The translations under genes and the position numbers were made by a program. Under the pieces are notes generated by a model, which ran no database searches, had not been told where the DNA came from, and saw nothing but the letters and a program-made list of their open reading frames with translations. A stretch of DNA of 64,000 nucleotides from contig CAWJRH010000004.1 in assembly GCA_963845195.1 (NCBI GenBank), positions 742,104 to 806,103 of the forward strand, in the 5' to 3' direction. The DNA is from an uncultured delta proteobacterium. Lineage in GTDB: Bacteria; Myxococcota_A; Polyangia; Polyangiales; Houyiibacteriaceae. Shown here in pieces: positions 20,334 to 32,315 of the stretch; the first letter of the stretch is position 1; each line of letters starts with the position of its first letter.

Positions 20334-21155
20334 GTGGTTCCGATCGTGCTCACCGTGGCCGGCTCCGATCCTTCGGGAGGCGCGGGTCTGCAAGCAGACC
20401 TCAAGACGATCCACGCATTCGGCGGATACGGGGCCGCCGTGCCAACGCTCCTAACGGTTCAGAGCACTCGCGGGGTGAGCCGCGTCGAAGTCCTCGAAGG
20501 CGAACTGGTGCAGGCCCAGCTCGATCATCTGCTTGAAGACATGGCGCCGGCGGCCGCGAAGACCGGGGCTCTCGGCTCAGCAGACATCGTGCGACGAATC
20601 GGGGAGCGGGCGCGCACGACGCGTTTCCCGTGGGTGGTCGACCCGGTCTTCGCACCAACCCGCGGCGCTTCGCTCTCGACGGATCGCCGGGATGACGGAA
20701 CTGTCGACGCTTGGGCGGACGCGATGCGGGGTGCACTGCTCCCCTGGGTGGCTCTGGTCACCCCCAACGTGCCCGAGGCAGAGGCTCTCACCGGGCTCCG
20801 CGTGCGCTCCCTGCGGCAGGCGGCCGATGCCGCGGAGCGAATACTCGATTTCGGCCCCGACGCGGTGCTGCTCAAAGGAGGCCATCTTCCGGGGGACGAC
20901 CGCGGAGTCGACCTGCTGCTCGATGCCGCAGGCCTCGTCGAGCTCCGACCACGCGCGGTGGTCGATGGAAATTTTCACGGTACCGGGTGCGCGCTCTCGG
21001 CCGCGATCGCCACCCGTCTTGCCTTCGGAGACGAGCTCTCGACCGCGGTGAGGGCTGCGAAGGGGTGGCTCGAACGCGCGCTCACCGGGGCGATGCCGGT
21101 TGGCGGAGGAGCATTGCCCGTCAATCATCTCGTGGATGTCGAGCGTGAAGCTTGA
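20334..21155 (+). CDS. thiD: Hydroxymethylpyrimidine/phosphomethylpyrimidine kinase
   Basis: VLTVAGSDPSGGAGLQADLK N-terminal motif and C-terminal GTGCALSAAIA motif. The GTG at 20334 is preferred, because the ATG at 20238 would overlap PPK2 by 53 nt. Start uncertain. Confidence 0.85.
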   Translation: MVPIVLTVAGSDPSGGAGLQADLKTIHAFGGYGAAVPTLLTVQSTRGVSRVEVLEGELVQAQLDHLLEDMAPAAAKTGALGSADIVRRIGERARTTRFPWVVDPVFAPTRGASLSTDRRDDGTVDAWADAMRGALLPWVALVTPNVPEAEALTGLRVRSLRQAADAAERILDFGPDAVLLKGGHLPGDDRGVDLLLDAAGLVELRPRAVVDGNFHGTGCALSAAIATRLAFGDELSTAVRAAKGWLERALTGAMPVGGGALPVNHLVDVEREA

Positions 21156-21249
21156 CTAGTTTCGAGGTTTGAACGTCGCTTTAGTTGCCCGGGCTTTTGC
21201 GCTGCTGCTACATGCCTCCAGTCTCAGGTGAGGGGATTGGGCGAACGGG

Positions 21250-23598
21250 ATGGCGCGCCGACGTAAGAAGACCACACGTCAAATCGAGCTGCCGATCGAT
21301 AGCATCGAGGACGCTTCCCTCGTCGATGAAGCTCGCCGCCGATACCTTCATTACGCACTGAGCGTCATCACGGCTCGGGCGCTTCCCGACGTGCGCGATG
21401 GCCTCAAGCCGGTGCAGCGCCGCATCCTCTACACGATGTTCAACGAGCTGCGTCTCCGCAGCGACGTGAAGCACCGGAAGTCGGCGGCAATCGTCGGCGA
21501 CGTGATGGGCAAGTTCCACCCGCATGGCGATACCGCCATCTACGACGCGCTTGCCCGAATGGCGCAGCCGTTCACCATGCGCGAGCCCTTGGTCGATGGC
21601 CGCGGGAATTTCGGCTCCCCGGACGGCGATTCGGCCGCGGCGATGCGGTACACCGAAGCCCGACTTCGGAAGCTGTCGGACGAGCTCCTCGTCGAGCTGG
21701 CGAAGAAGACGGTCGCCTACCGGCCCAACTACGACGGGCGCCTGTTCGAGCCAGTCGTCTTGCCGGCTCGGTTCCCCAACCTCCTCGTCAACGGCTCTCA
21801 AGGCATCGCCGTCGGAATGGCGACGTCGATCCCTCCGCACAACCTCGTCGAGGTGATTCAGGCCTGCATCGCCCTCATCGATGGCGATCTCACGACCAAG
21901 CAATTGATGAAGTTCGTCAAAGGCCCGGACTTTCCGACCGGTGGGGAACTCGTCAGCAGCAAGGCAGAACTGGCGGCCGCTTACGAGCATGGGCAGGGGT
22001 CGCTCAAGCTCCGCGGGCAGTGGAAGCTCGAGACGCCGCGCACCGGAAACGGGCTCATCGTGATCCACTCGATCCCCTACAGCGTAGAGCGGCGTGCGGT
22101 CGTCGAGAAGATCGCCGAGACGATCATCCAGCGAAAGATGCCGTCGCTAGTAGACGTGCGCGACGAGAGCACCGACGACTGTCGAATCGTGTGCGAGATG
22201 AAGAAGGACGCCGACCCGAACCTCGTCATGGCGTACCTCTACAAACACACCCCGCTTCAGACCAACGTGCAGGTCAATCTCACCTGCCTCGTGCCGACGA
22301 GCAATCCCGAGGTTGCCGCGCCGCAGCGCATCGGTCTCAAGGAAATTCTGCAGCACTTTCTCGATTTCCGGATGGAAGTCGTTACCAAGCGGCTCGAATT
22401 CGAGCTCGATCAGCTCCAGAAGCGCATCCACATCCTCGAGGGGTTCGTCATCATCTTCGACGCCCTCGACGAAGCGATTCGGATCATTCGGCGCTCTGAA
22501 GGAAAGCAGGACGCAGCGAACAAGCTGATGAAGCGTTTCGGCCTCGACGAGCTCCAAGTCGATGCAATTCTGGAACTCAAGCTTTATCGGCTCGCGAAGC
22601 TGCAGATGCTGGAAATCCGTAGCGAGCTCGAGAGCAAACTCGCCGAGGCGAAGCGGGTTGGGCGGTTGCTGAAGAGTCCCGCGGCGCGCTGGAAGGTGAT
22701 CAAGGCCGAACTGAGCGAGCTGAGCACCACCTACGCGGACCCACGCCGCACCAAAATCACCGGGAAGCTCGAGGAACCGGAGTTCGACGCCGAGGCCTTC
22801 ATCGTCGACGAAGACGCGATGGTCGTCGTCACCGAACAAGGCTGGGTGAAGCGCCAACAGCGGGTGAAGGACGTCGCCTCGACCCGTGTGCGTCAGGGAG
22901 ATCGCGTGCTCGCAGTCCTCGCCGGCTCGACGAAGAGCACGGTCGCATTCTTCAGCAGCCACGGGGTTTGCTACGTGACCCGCATCGTCGACATCCCCGC
23001 GACGACCGGACATGGAACGCCGCTTCAGACTCTCTTCAAACTCGCCGACGGCGAGCGCGTGGTCGGTGCGATTGGCTTCGATCCACGGTTTCTCGAGGTT
23101 CCGCCGGTCGAGGAGTCTGACGAGCCCGAGCCCCCCTATGCCATTGCCGTCACGCGCGGCGGACTCGCGCTTCGGTTCTCGCTCAGAAGCCATCGCGAAC
23201 CGTCGACGCGATCCGGGCGCAAGTTCACCCGTCCCAAGCAAGGAGACGAGGTGATCTACGTCGCTCCGGTGTTCGAGGACGAGTGCATGGCCTGCGTGAC
23301 GAAGCAGCGTCGCGCCTTGATTTGTGAAGCCGAAGACGTTTCGCTCCTCGCTGGCGCCGGACGCGGCGTGATGCTCATCAAGCTTCAAAAAGACGATGAG
23401 GTCGTTGCGGCGCGCGTGCTGGCATACGAAGACGACGTTCTGATCGCGCAACGCGAAGGCGGAAGCGAGTACAGGGTCTCCGTTCGCAAGTATGAAATCG
23501 TCTCTCGGGGCGGGAAGGGCTTTCAGCTCTTCACCCGGGGCTCCGTCGAGGGCGAAGTCTATCAGGAGCCGGAGATCCCGGTATTTCCGGAGGAGTAG
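21250..23598 (+). CDS. Type IIA DNA topoisomerase subunit A (ParC/GyrA family, ParC-like)
   Basis: [16 protein letters not shown] and [10 protein letters not shown] (catalytic Tyr) motifs. 782 aa. No QRRGGKG GyrA-box in the first C-terminal-domain blade. Confidence 0.85.
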   Translation: MARRRKKTTRQIELPIDSIEDASLVDEARRRYLHYALSVITARALPDVRDGLKPVQRRILYTMFNELRLRSDVKHRKSAAIVGDVMGKFHPHGDTAIYDALARMAQPFTMREPLVDGRGNFGSPDGDSAAAMRYTEARLRKLSDELLVELAKKTVAYRPNYDGRLFEPVVLPARFPNLLVNGSQGIAVGMATSIPPHNLVEVIQACIALIDGDLTTKQLMKFVKGPDFPTGGELVSSKAELAAAYEHGQGSLKLRGQWKLETPRTGNGLIVIHSIPYSVERRAVVEKIAETIIQRKMPSLVDVRDESTDDCRIVCEMKKDADPNLVMAYLYKHTPLQTNVQVNLTCLVPTSNPEVAAPQRIGLKEILQHFLDFRMEVVTKRLEFELDQLQKRIHILEGFVIIFDALDEAIRIIRRSEGKQDAANKLMKRFGLDELQVDAILELKLYRLAKLQMLEIRSELESKLAEAKRVGRLLKSPAARWKVIKAELSELSTTYADPRRTKITGKLEEPEFDAEAFIVDEDAMVVVTEQGWVKRQQRVKDVASTRVRQGDRVLAVLAGSTKSTVAFFSSHGVCYVTRIVDIPATTGHGTPLQTLFKLADGERVVGAIGFDPRFLEVPPVEESDEPEPPYAIAVTRGGLALRFSLRSHREPSTRSGRKFTRPKQGDEVIYVAPVFEDECMACVTKQRRALICEAEDVSLLAGAGRGVMLIKLQKDDEVVAARVLAYEDDVLIAQREGGSEYRVSVRKYEIVSRGGKGFQLFTRGSVEGEVYQEPEIPVFPEE

Positions 23599-25505
23599 TG
23601 GAGTATACCGCCAAAGACATCGACGTCCTCGAGGGACTCGAACCGGTTCGCAAACGGCCGGCGATGTATATCGGGGGGACCGATGGCAACGGGTACCACC
23701 ACCTGCTTTGGGAAATACTCGACAACTCCGTAGACGAAGCGATCAATGGACACGCGACCCGCATCGAGGTGGTGCTCGATGCCGATCATCGGGGCGCGAC
23801 CGTCACCGACAACGGGCGGGGCATTCCGGTTGATACGCACCCCAGGTTCAAGCGTTCGGCGCTCGAGCTGATTCTCACCACCCTGCACGCGGGTGGAAAG
23901 TTCGAGGGGAAGAACTACCAGGTCGCCGGCGGACTTCACGGCGTGGGCTCTTCGGTCGTCAATGCGCTTTCTTCAGAGCTCACCGCAACGATTTGGCGCG
24001 GGGGAAAGACATACACGCAGAAGTACGAACGCGGCAAGGCGGTCACCAAGCTCAAGAAGGGCGCCAAGACTAGCAAGCGCGGCACTGCGGTTCATTTTCG
24101 TCCCGATACTGAGATTTTCGCGAAGCGCACAACGTTCGATGTGGCCCGCGTGGCAGAGCGCCTCGAGACCAAGACCTACCTTCATCGCGGCCTGAAGATC
24201 GTCTTCGTCGACGGCAAGACGCGCGAGCGCCAAGAGTTCGAACACCCCGACGGCATCGTCGACTACCTCGAGAGGCTCGTCGCCGAACGTGGCAAAGGTA
24301 CAGTTCATCAAGAAGCGTTCACGCTCGAGCACGAGGGCGATCCTCGGCTCGAAGTCGCGATGCGTTGGACCGAGTCTCCCGAAGAAGTCATTCGCTCCTA
24401 TGCGAACGGGATCCCGACGGGGTCCGGGGGCACGCACGAGAACGGATTCAAGCAGGGCTTGAGCAAGGCGGTTCGCAACCACATGGAGAGCCAGAAACTC
24501 ACGCCCAAGGGAGTGAAGATTACGGCGGACGACATCCGCGAGGGGCTCGTTGCGTTGGTGAGCGTCTACGTCCACGAGCCCCAGTTCCAGGGTCAAACGA
24601 AAGACCGTCTCAACAACCCGGAAGTGACCGCGAAGATCGAAAGCACGGTGCGGACTGCTTTCGAGCAGTGGCTGCTCAACAACAAGACTGCGGCCGATTC
24701 CATCGTGGCTCGCGTAATCATCTCTTCGCGTGCCCGTGCTGCGAGTCGGGCCGCAAGCCAGCAGGTATCGCGCAAGACGGCCATCAGCCACCGGCTGAAC
24801 CTTCCGGGGAAGCTCGCAGACTGCGCGAGCACCAACCCCGACGAGAGTGAACTGTTCTTAGTCGAAGGAGACAGCGCTGGGGGCAATGCAAAGCAGGGAC
24901 GCGACCGCAGGACTCAGGCGATTCTTCCTCTGCGAGGCAAGGTTCTGAACGCGGAGCGCGCGTCGGCGGCACAGATTCTCGCGAACCGCGAGCTCCAGGA
25001 CATCGTGAGTGCGCTCGGCTGCGGCATCGGCAAAGACTTCGACGTATCCAAGCTTCGCTACGGTCGCGTGTTCTTGCTCATGGACGCGGACACCGACGGG
25101 CACCACATCGCGACCTTGCTGCTCACCTTCTTTTACCGGATGCTGCCGGGCCTCGTCCGGGGCGGGCATGTCTTTCTAGCCCAGCCGCCGCTCTACCGTC
25201 TCGACATCGGCAAGGAGGTCCACTGGGCTCTGGATGACGCCGAACGAGACCGCATCATCGGCGAAGCAGCCGCCAATGCGAAAGTCGACATCAGCCGATT
25301 CAAAGGCCTCGGTGAAATGACCGCGGACGAGCTTCGCGAAACCACTCTCGACAAGACGCGCCGACGAGCGCTCCGGGTGATGGTGGAGGGTGAGGTCGAG
25401 GCCGATCGCGTCTTCAGCGATCTGATGGGCAAGGACCCAGCCGCACGGTTTCGGTTCATCATGGAAAGCGCACCGCAGGCTGACGCGATCGAACTCGACG
25501 TGTAG
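23598..25505 (+). CDS. Type IIA DNA topoisomerase subunit B (ParE/GyrB family, ParE-like)
   Basis: GHKL ATPase motifs (EILDNSVDEA, DNGRGIP, GGLHGVGSSVVNA) and Toprim motifs (LVEGDSAGG, PLRGKVLN). 635 aa with no long proteobacterial GyrB insertion. The GTG start shares one nt with the upstream TAG stop. Confidence 0.85.
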   Translation: MEYTAKDIDVLEGLEPVRKRPAMYIGGTDGNGYHHLLWEILDNSVDEAINGHATRIEVVLDADHRGATVTDNGRGIPVDTHPRFKRSALELILTTLHAGGKFEGKNYQVAGGLHGVGSSVVNALSSELTATIWRGGKTYTQKYERGKAVTKLKKGAKTSKRGTAVHFRPDTEIFAKRTTFDVARVAERLETKTYLHRGLKIVFVDGKTRERQEFEHPDGIVDYLERLVAERGKGTVHQEAFTLEHEGDPRLEVAMRWTESPEEVIRSYANGIPTGSGGTHENGFKQGLSKAVRNHMESQKLTPKGVKITADDIREGLVALVSVYVHEPQFQGQTKDRLNNPEVTAKIESTVRTAFEQWLLNNKTAADSIVARVIISSRARAASRAASQQVSRKTAISHRLNLPGKLADCASTNPDESELFLVEGDSAGGNAKQGRDRRTQAILPLRGKVLNAERASAAQILANRELQDIVSALGCGIGKDFDVSKLRYGRVFLLMDADTDGHHIATLLLTFFYRMLPGLVRGGHVFLAQPPLYRLDIGKEVHWALDDAERDRIIGEAAANAKVDISRFKGLGEMTADELRETTLDKTRRRALRVMVEGEVEADRVFSDLMGKDPAARFRFIMESAPQADAIELDV

Positions 25506-25585
25506 CTGCGCGTTTTTTTGACCCGCATCGCTCGCTCTGGTTCAACCAGCTTCAGGAAGCACTTCGATAACTGCGAGGAGCGGTA

Positions 25586-26659
25586 ATGCAGTCCACGTGC
25601 CATGTCTGTACAAAGTCTTTTGAGGTTCGGTTTCGCTATCAGGTTCGCCAGGAGGCCGGGCAGTACCTGTACATATGCTCGACAGCCTGCCAACAGAGTC
25701 TACTCCTCGGCGACGACGGGGTTTCGACCTGCGATGCGTGCGGGAAGACGTTTCAAGTCGAGTATCCGTATCAGGTCTCGGTAGGAGACGGCCATCGAGA
25801 TTACTACTGCTCGGTCGACTGTCGCGAGCGATCGCAGCGGCAGAGCCACATTGAGGTCAAGCGCCACGTTCCCAAGCGAATCGCGGTGTTCAATCACAAG
25901 GGCGGCACCGGAAAGACTACGACTTCGATCAATCTCGCAGCTGGACTCGCCGAATCAGGGCGTCGCGTGCTGCTCATCGACGCCGACGGCCAGGGCAACG
26001 TCGGTGCGTCGCTCGGTATCGCGGGGCAGCGCACCCTCTACCACGTACTGGTTCACGGTGTGAAGGGTCCTGACGCGGCGATTCCGGTACGCGAAGGACT
26101 CGACGTACTGACCTCCAACGAGTCGTTGGCTGCTGCGGAACTGTTTCTTGCCGAGCGTCCCAATCGCGACCGCATCATGCGCGAGCGTCTCGGAGACGCG
26201 TGTCGAGATTACGACGCAGTGGTGATCGATTGCGCTCCAGCTCTCTCCTTGATGAACCAGAACGCGATGGTCTACGCGGATAGCGTCATCGTGCCCGTTG
26301 CCTGCGACTACCTGTCGCTCGTGGGCGTGAAACAGGTGCTCCGGACGATTCGCAACGTCCGTGAGCTGCTTCAGCACGACGTGCATCTGCTTGGCGTCCT
26401 GCCGACCTTCTTCGATGTCCGCAACAGGATTTCGCGCGAAGCGATTCTCACCTTGCGAAAGCATTTCGAGGATCGATGCTACGACCCCATTCGTATCAAT
26501 ACGAAACTGCGGGAAGCGCCGAGCGCCAAGCAAACGATCTTCGAGTACGCGGCGAAATGTCACGGGGCTGAGGACTACATGCGCCTGGTGCAGCGGGTCA
26601 CAGCCGTCGCTGCGCCGTGCCGAGCGGCGCGACCGGCAGCATCGCTACCAGCAGCGTAG
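25586..26659 (+). CDS. ParA/MinD-family ATPase with two N-terminal TRASH-type Cys4 modules
   Basis: Residues about 4-82 carry two tandem CX2C-X22-CX3C modules. These are followed by the deviant Walker A NHKGGTGKTTTS and a ParA-like body. GAGGAG RBS. Confidence 0.8.
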   Translation: MQSTCHVCTKSFEVRFRYQVRQEAGQYLYICSTACQQSLLLGDDGVSTCDACGKTFQVEYPYQVSVGDGHRDYYCSVDCRERSQRQSHIEVKRHVPKRIAVFNHKGGTGKTTTSINLAAGLAESGRRVLLIDADGQGNVGASLGIAGQRTLYHVLVHGVKGPDAAIPVREGLDVLTSNESLAAAELFLAERPNRDRIMRERLGDACRDYDAVVIDCAPALSLMNQNAMVYADSVIVPVACDYLSLVGVKQVLRTIRNVRELLQHDVHLLGVLPTFFDVRNRISREAILTLRKHFEDRCYDPIRINTKLREAPSAKQTIFEYAAKCHGAEDYMRLVQRVTAVAAPCRAARPAASLPAA

Positions 26660-26668
26660 GGGGATGGG

Positions 26669-26962
26669 ATGAAGAAACGAGGCGGAGAGAAAGTCGACGA
26701 CGTTTTCGAGAAGGACGAGGTGGATGCGGTGCTCCGCGATTCGTTCTATTCGAAGAAGCGTAAGCGCAAGCCACCCAAAGCGGCCAAGAAGGCTGCGCAC
26801 TACGACGTCATCTGCATTTCGCTCTACAAGGAGGACCTCGAGCAGCTAGACGCCATGGTTGCTGAGCTCAAGGAGCAGGGCCATCGGAGGGTCAGCCGCA
26901 GCGCCCTCATCCGTTTTGCGCTGGATCGCGTGAAGCTAAAGGACTTTCCTCGGGCCTACTAG
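26669..26962 (+). CDS. Small ribbon-helix-helix (CopG/ParG-like) protein with basic N-terminal tail
   Basis: 97 aa, starting 10 nt after the ParA-like stop. Lys-rich tail (KKRKRKPPKAAKKAA), then a beta-strand/helix/helix pattern (VICISLYKEDLEQLDAMVAELKE...SRSALIRFALDRV). Confidence 0.6.
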   Translation: MKKRGGEKVDDVFEKDEVDAVLRDSFYSKKRKRKPPKAAKKAAHYDVICISLYKEDLEQLDAMVAELKEQGHRRVSRSALIRFALDRVKLKDFPRAY

Positions 26963-26970
26963 CGTGGTGA

Positions 26971-28485
<1,515 letters not shown>

Positions 28486-28510
28486 AGAGCCTCGACCGGT
28501 CCGCGGCCAC

Positions 28511-30070
28511 GTGTTAGACCGCCGCATGCTCGCGGATGGGGTTCTGATCCTCGACTTTGGGTCGCAGTACACCCAGCTCATCGCGCGGCGGATTCGCGAA
28601 CAGCACGTCTACTGCGAAATCCAGCCCTGCACCTATTCACTCGACTTGGTTCGCGAGACGGCGCCCAAGGCGATCATCCTGAGCGGTGGTCCCGCGAGCG
28701 TGTTCGCCGAAGGAGCGCCAAGCGTCGATCGCGGAGTGTTCGAGCTCGGGATTCCCGTGCTTGGCATCTGCTACGGAATGCAGCTGCTCAGCCATCTGCT
28801 CGGCGGCAAAGTTGAGCGAGCGAACGAGCGCGAATACGGGCCTGCGCGGCTGGAGGTCGCGCGACCCGAGGGATTGCTCCACGGATTCGAGGTTGGCAGC
28901 CATCTCGACGTATGGATGAGTCACGGCGATCGCGTCGAAAGCCTTCCCCCTGGGTTCGAGACGATCGCTCGGACCCCGAACAGCCCCTTCGCCGCCGTCG
29001 CGAATACCGAGCGGGATATTTTCGGGGTGCAGTTCCATCCCGAAGTTGCCCACACTCCTCGTGGCGTCGAGATGCTGCGCGCCTTCCTCTTCGAGGTGGC
29101 CGGCTGCAAGCCCAACTGGACCCCAGGCTCGTTCGTCGAGCAGACCGTCGAATCGGTACGTCGTCAGGTCGGTGACCGCCAGGCGATTTGTGGCCTGTCA
29201 GGTGGCGTCGACTCGTCGGTCGCTGCCATGCTCGTGTCTCGGGCCATCGGGGACCGCCTCACGTGTATCTTCGTCGACAATGGTTTGCTCCGCAAAGACG
29301 AGGCGGCGAGCGTCGTTCACACGTTTCGGGATCAGTTCGGCCTGACCTTGCTCCACATCGATGCCGCCGAAGAGTTTCTCCAAGCCCTCGAAGGCGTCAG
29401 CGACCCTGAGACGAAGCGAAAAATCATCGGTAAGGTGTTCATCGATGTGTTCCAACGCGAGGCGGAGAAGCTCGACGACGTGGGCTACCTCGTCCAGGGA
29501 ACCCTCTACCCAGACGTGATCGAGAGTCTCTCGTTCAAGGGCCCGAGCGCAGTGATCAAGAGCCATCACAACGTGGGCGGGCTACCCGAAACGCTGCACC
29601 TCGAGCTCATCGAACCGCTCCGGCTTCTCTTCAAAGACGAGGTTCGCGAGGTCGGGGACGCGCTCGGCATGCCCCGCGACATCCTCTGGCGACACCCCTT
29701 CCCAGGGCCGGGGCTGGCCGTGCGGTGCCCGGGAACAATCGAACGAGAGAAGCTGGAAATTCTCAGAGAGGCCGACGCAATCTTCGAAGAAGAGATTCGT
29801 GCGGCCGACCTCTACGACAAGATTTGGCAGGCGTTCTGCGTCATCCTCCCGGTGCGTACCGTGGGCGTCATGGGAGACGAGCGCACCTACGACTACGTCG
29901 TGGCCGTCCGCGCCGTAGACTCCCGAGACGGAATGACGGCCGACTGGTCGAGGATCCCACACGAGGTTCTGGCGCGCATCTCGAGCCGAATCATCAACGA
30001 GGTTCGCGGATGCAATCGCGTTTGCTACGACATCTCTTCGAAGCCGCCGTCGACCATCGAATGGGAGTAG
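28511..30070 (+). CDS. guaA: GMP synthase (glutamine-hydrolysing)
   Basis: [18 protein letters not shown] GATase domain, [10 protein letters not shown]-loop and C-terminal dimerisation domain ending PPSTIEWE. An alternative ATG start is at 28526. Confidence 0.95.
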   Translation: MLDRRMLADGVLILDFGSQYTQLIARRIREQHVYCEIQPCTYSLDLVRETAPKAIILSGGPASVFAEGAPSVDRGVFELGIPVLGICYGMQLLSHLLGGKVERANEREYGPARLEVARPEGLLHGFEVGSHLDVWMSHGDRVESLPPGFETIARTPNSPFAAVANTERDIFGVQFHPEVAHTPRGVEMLRAFLFEVAGCKPNWTPGSFVEQTVESVRRQVGDRQAICGLSGGVDSSVAAMLVSRAIGDRLTCIFVDNGLLRKDEAASVVHTFRDQFGLTLLHIDAAEEFLQALEGVSDPETKRKIIGKVFIDVFQREAEKLDDVGYLVQGTLYPDVIESLSFKGPSAVIKSHHNVGGLPETLHLELIEPLRLLFKDEVREVGDALGMPRDILWRHPFPGPGLAVRCPGTIEREKLEILREADAIFEEEIRAADLYDKIWQAFCVILPVRTVGVMGDERTYDYVVAVRAVDSRDGMTADWSRIPHEVLARISSRIINEVRGCNRVCYDISSKPPSTIEWE

Positions 30071-30375
30071 GGCGCCTGTCGTTGGTTTGCCTTTGTGTGG
30101 CCGGACTTGCGGGCGCTGGATGCACCAAGAGCAATACCGTTCGCGAGGAACCCGCACGCCTTCAGGTTATCGTTGTTCCGCCGGATGCATCGGTTCAGGT
30201 CGATGGCCACTACTTCGGTAGGGCGCGTGTGCTCGAGGCCGAGCCGAAGGCGCTGTCACCGGGGATACATCTGATGACCATCACGGCGGATGACCACTTT
30301 CCGCACGACCTCGAACTCGAGCTCCCACCTGGTACGACGACCGTCCGCGTCGAACTTCGACCAATCCCCCCGTAG
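30061..30375 (+). CDS. Small lipoprotein with PEGA-like domain
   Basis: Read in the C-terminal part of track ORF 29725..30375. The ATG at 30061 overlaps the last codons of guaA. Lipobox LAGAGC, and a PEGA-like [12 protein letters not shown]...G.H.. pattern. Confidence 0.5.
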   Translation: MGVGRLSLVCLCVAGLAGAGCTKSNTVREEPARLQVIVVPPDASVQVDGHYFGRARVLEAEPKALSPGIHLMTITADDHFPHDLELELPPGTTTVRVELRPIPP

Positions 30376-30423
30376 CCGAAGAGCCTCACGGAGGTCGAAC
30401 CCGAATCGGCAACCGGGGTGAGC

Positions 30424-31404
30424 CTATCTCTTGAGCGCGCCGTCGAGCTCCTGGTCGGTCGCGTACTCGGCGTCGATCATCGGTCCGGCGAGCCTCACGA
30501 CGATGTGGTTGGGGTTCATCGTGCGAAGCTTCTGGAGCTGCGCATACTTGTCTTCGATGTCTCGTTCGACGAGGACGAGGTTCGCCTGTGCTCGAACGAA
30601 GTTCGGGTTTCGCACAAGCGCTTCTTGGAGAAGTTGCCGGCATTTGTCGTCATCGGCGTAGCGCTGATGGGCCTCCATGGCGCGTAGGTACGTCTTCACC
30701 GCGGGGTTCCGTCCGGTGTCCGTGTCGTTGGCGTACTGCATCATCCGATCGAACTCGAGCCAGCTTCCGCGGAGCCGGTAGTAGTTCGCATTCGCTAGGT
30801 AGGCGAGTTCGCTTCGCGGGTCCTGTCGAATCGCTTGCTGTGCAAGCTCAGAGCCCAGAGTGAGCGGCTCTTCGGACAACACGTTCAGCGCACGGACGAC
30901 TTTTCGAAGGTCGGCGCTCTTGGTCTGAAGCCGTGCGGCCCGTGACTGATCGGTCGACCGATCGGAGGTAGTCTCGAATGGTCGCGAGGCCTGGGCGGAG
31001 CGAAGCTCGGTCATGTTTTGTCGGCGTTCTTCGTCCAAAATCGAGGCAGCGAGCAGGAGTGCGCCGGCATAAGAAGTTTCGAGATACGAGCGCACCGTAA
31101 GCGCCTCGGACCCTTGCCTCCCCGCGGTGAACTCGCGCGCCTCCTCGAAGTCAGCGAGCCTGTCACCCTCGATGATCTCCACCACCTGCGCCATCGAGGT
31201 GACCGCTACATCGGCCGGGGGAACTCTTGAGACCCCGTACGTCTGCTGAAACTCCTCGACTATTTGGGCCGCCTCTGGCGGGCGCATGGTCTCAACATCG
31301 ACACCGGCGCCTATCGTCGACCCGTCCGCAGGTGGCTTCGACGAGGCGCAGGCTGCGATGGCCGACACCATGAGCAGGAGTAAGAACCGATTCGTTCGCT
31401 GCAT
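30424..31404 (-). CDS. Hypothetical lipoprotein (helical/TPR-like repeats)
   Basis: Trimmed to the ATG at 31404 (MQRTNRFLLLLMVSAIAAC lipobox). Helical-repeat-like C-terminal half. Confidence 0.55.
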   Translation of the reverse strand: MQRTNRFLLLLMVSAIAACASSKPPADGSTIGAGVDVETMRPPEAAQIVEEFQQTYGVSRVPPADVAVTSMAQVVEIIEGDRLADFEEAREFTAGRQGSEALTVRSYLETSYAGALLLAASILDEERRQNMTELRSAQASRPFETTSDRSTDQSRAARLQTKSADLRKVVRALNVLSEEPLTLGSELAQQAIRQDPRSELAYLANANYYRLRGSWLEFDRMMQYANDTDTGRNPAVKTYLRAMEAHQRYADDDKCRQLLQEALVRNPNFVRAQANLVLVERDIEDKYAQLQKLRTMNPNHIVVRLAGPMIDAEYATDQELDGALKR

Positions 31405-31463
31405 GGCGGCGAGGCTAGCACAGCGTCTGCGGGGCAAGAAATTCGGCATTCGTCGACGGTCGA

Positions 31464-32315
31464 TCAGAACCGGACGAACACGTCGAACTCAGGCGAGATG
31501 CCGGACAGCGCAGACGAAGGCACCACGAGGCCTAGGCCTTCGAGGAACAACGCTCCGTATCCGACTCCGACTCGAAGGTTGGCTCGCTTCCAAGAGAACA
31601 CGGCGCCGGGAATGATCGCGAACTCGTTCTGGAGATCGAAGACGTCGACCTGGATACCTATGATCGCGCCCGTATCCTCGTCGATGATGAGTTCGCCCTG
31701 CGCCACGGTATCGCTCACGTAGGGAAGCCAACGGGCCGTCAGGGTCAGCGAGACGACGCGGTTGATCCGCCATTCGAGCATCCCATAGAGCTGCAGCATG
31801 TCGATGACTGCGGCTCCCTCGACCTCCGACTCCACCGGCTGGGCACCTCCGGCAACATCGGTCGCTGTGTACTGACCGCCCAAGTTCAGTGTGACGCGCG
31901 TGTTGATTTTCACCGATGCGGTCGCGTTCAGCGGGAATATCAAATAGTTGGCCCGCGTGCCGTCTACGTCTTGGAAGCGTCCCCAGACGAATCCCGCGGA
32001 CACGCTCAATGCCAGACGATTCCGATTGTACAGGGTCGACTTGAACTCGATGTTCGGCGAAAGGTCTTGGAGGATCAGTCCCACGAGCCAAGGGGCCGTG
32101 TAGGTCGTGATCTGCAGCCTATCGATGAACCCGTAGCTCAGTTTCATGAGCCCCAGGCGGAACTGGCGTCGGTGAAGGCTGTACGCAGTCGTATCGAGAA
32201 GAGGCGAGTCCCTCGTATGGTAGGCGCGAGCCGCGCTCGGTTCAGCCGCCCACGCCGCCACGATGAACGAACAACATGTGGCTACCAGGAGAAGCTTCCG
32301 GAAGGAAGGATGCAT
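31464..32315 (-). CDS. Hypothetical outer-membrane beta-barrel protein
   Basis: Signal peptide, alternating amphipathic strands and a C-terminal FDVFVRF ending in Phe (a typical beta-signal). Confidence 0.5.
   Translation of the reverse strand: MHPSFRKLLLVATCCSFIVAAWAAEPSAARAYHTRDSPLLDTTAYSLHRRQFRLGLMKLSYGFIDRLQITTYTAPWLVGLILQDLSPNIEFKSTLYNRNRLALSVSAGFVWGRFQDVDGTRANYLIFPLNATASVKINTRVTLNLGGQYTATDVAGGAQPVESEVEGAAVIDMLQLYGMLEWRINRVVSLTLTARWLPYVSDTVAQGELIIDEDTGAIIGIQVDVFDLQNEFAIIPGAVFSWKRANLRVGVGYGALFLEGLGLVVPSSALSGISPEFDVFVRF

Noticed and set aside
23440-23560. RGGKG motif in the subunit A C-terminus, considered as a GyrA-box, which would make the pair a gyrase.
   Set aside because: The canonical GyrA-box sits in the first blade of the C-terminal domain. 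This motif is in the last blade, where R-G-x-x-G-like turns recur in both ParC and GyrA. I therefore kept the ParC-like call, flagged as needing phylogeny.
25506-25520. T7 run (GCGCGTTTTTTTG) right after the subunit B stop, considered as an intrinsic terminator.
   Set aside because: I could find only weak 5-bp stems with loops over 20 nt upstream of the T-run. It is conspicuous in GC-rich DNA but not supportable as a terminator by eye.
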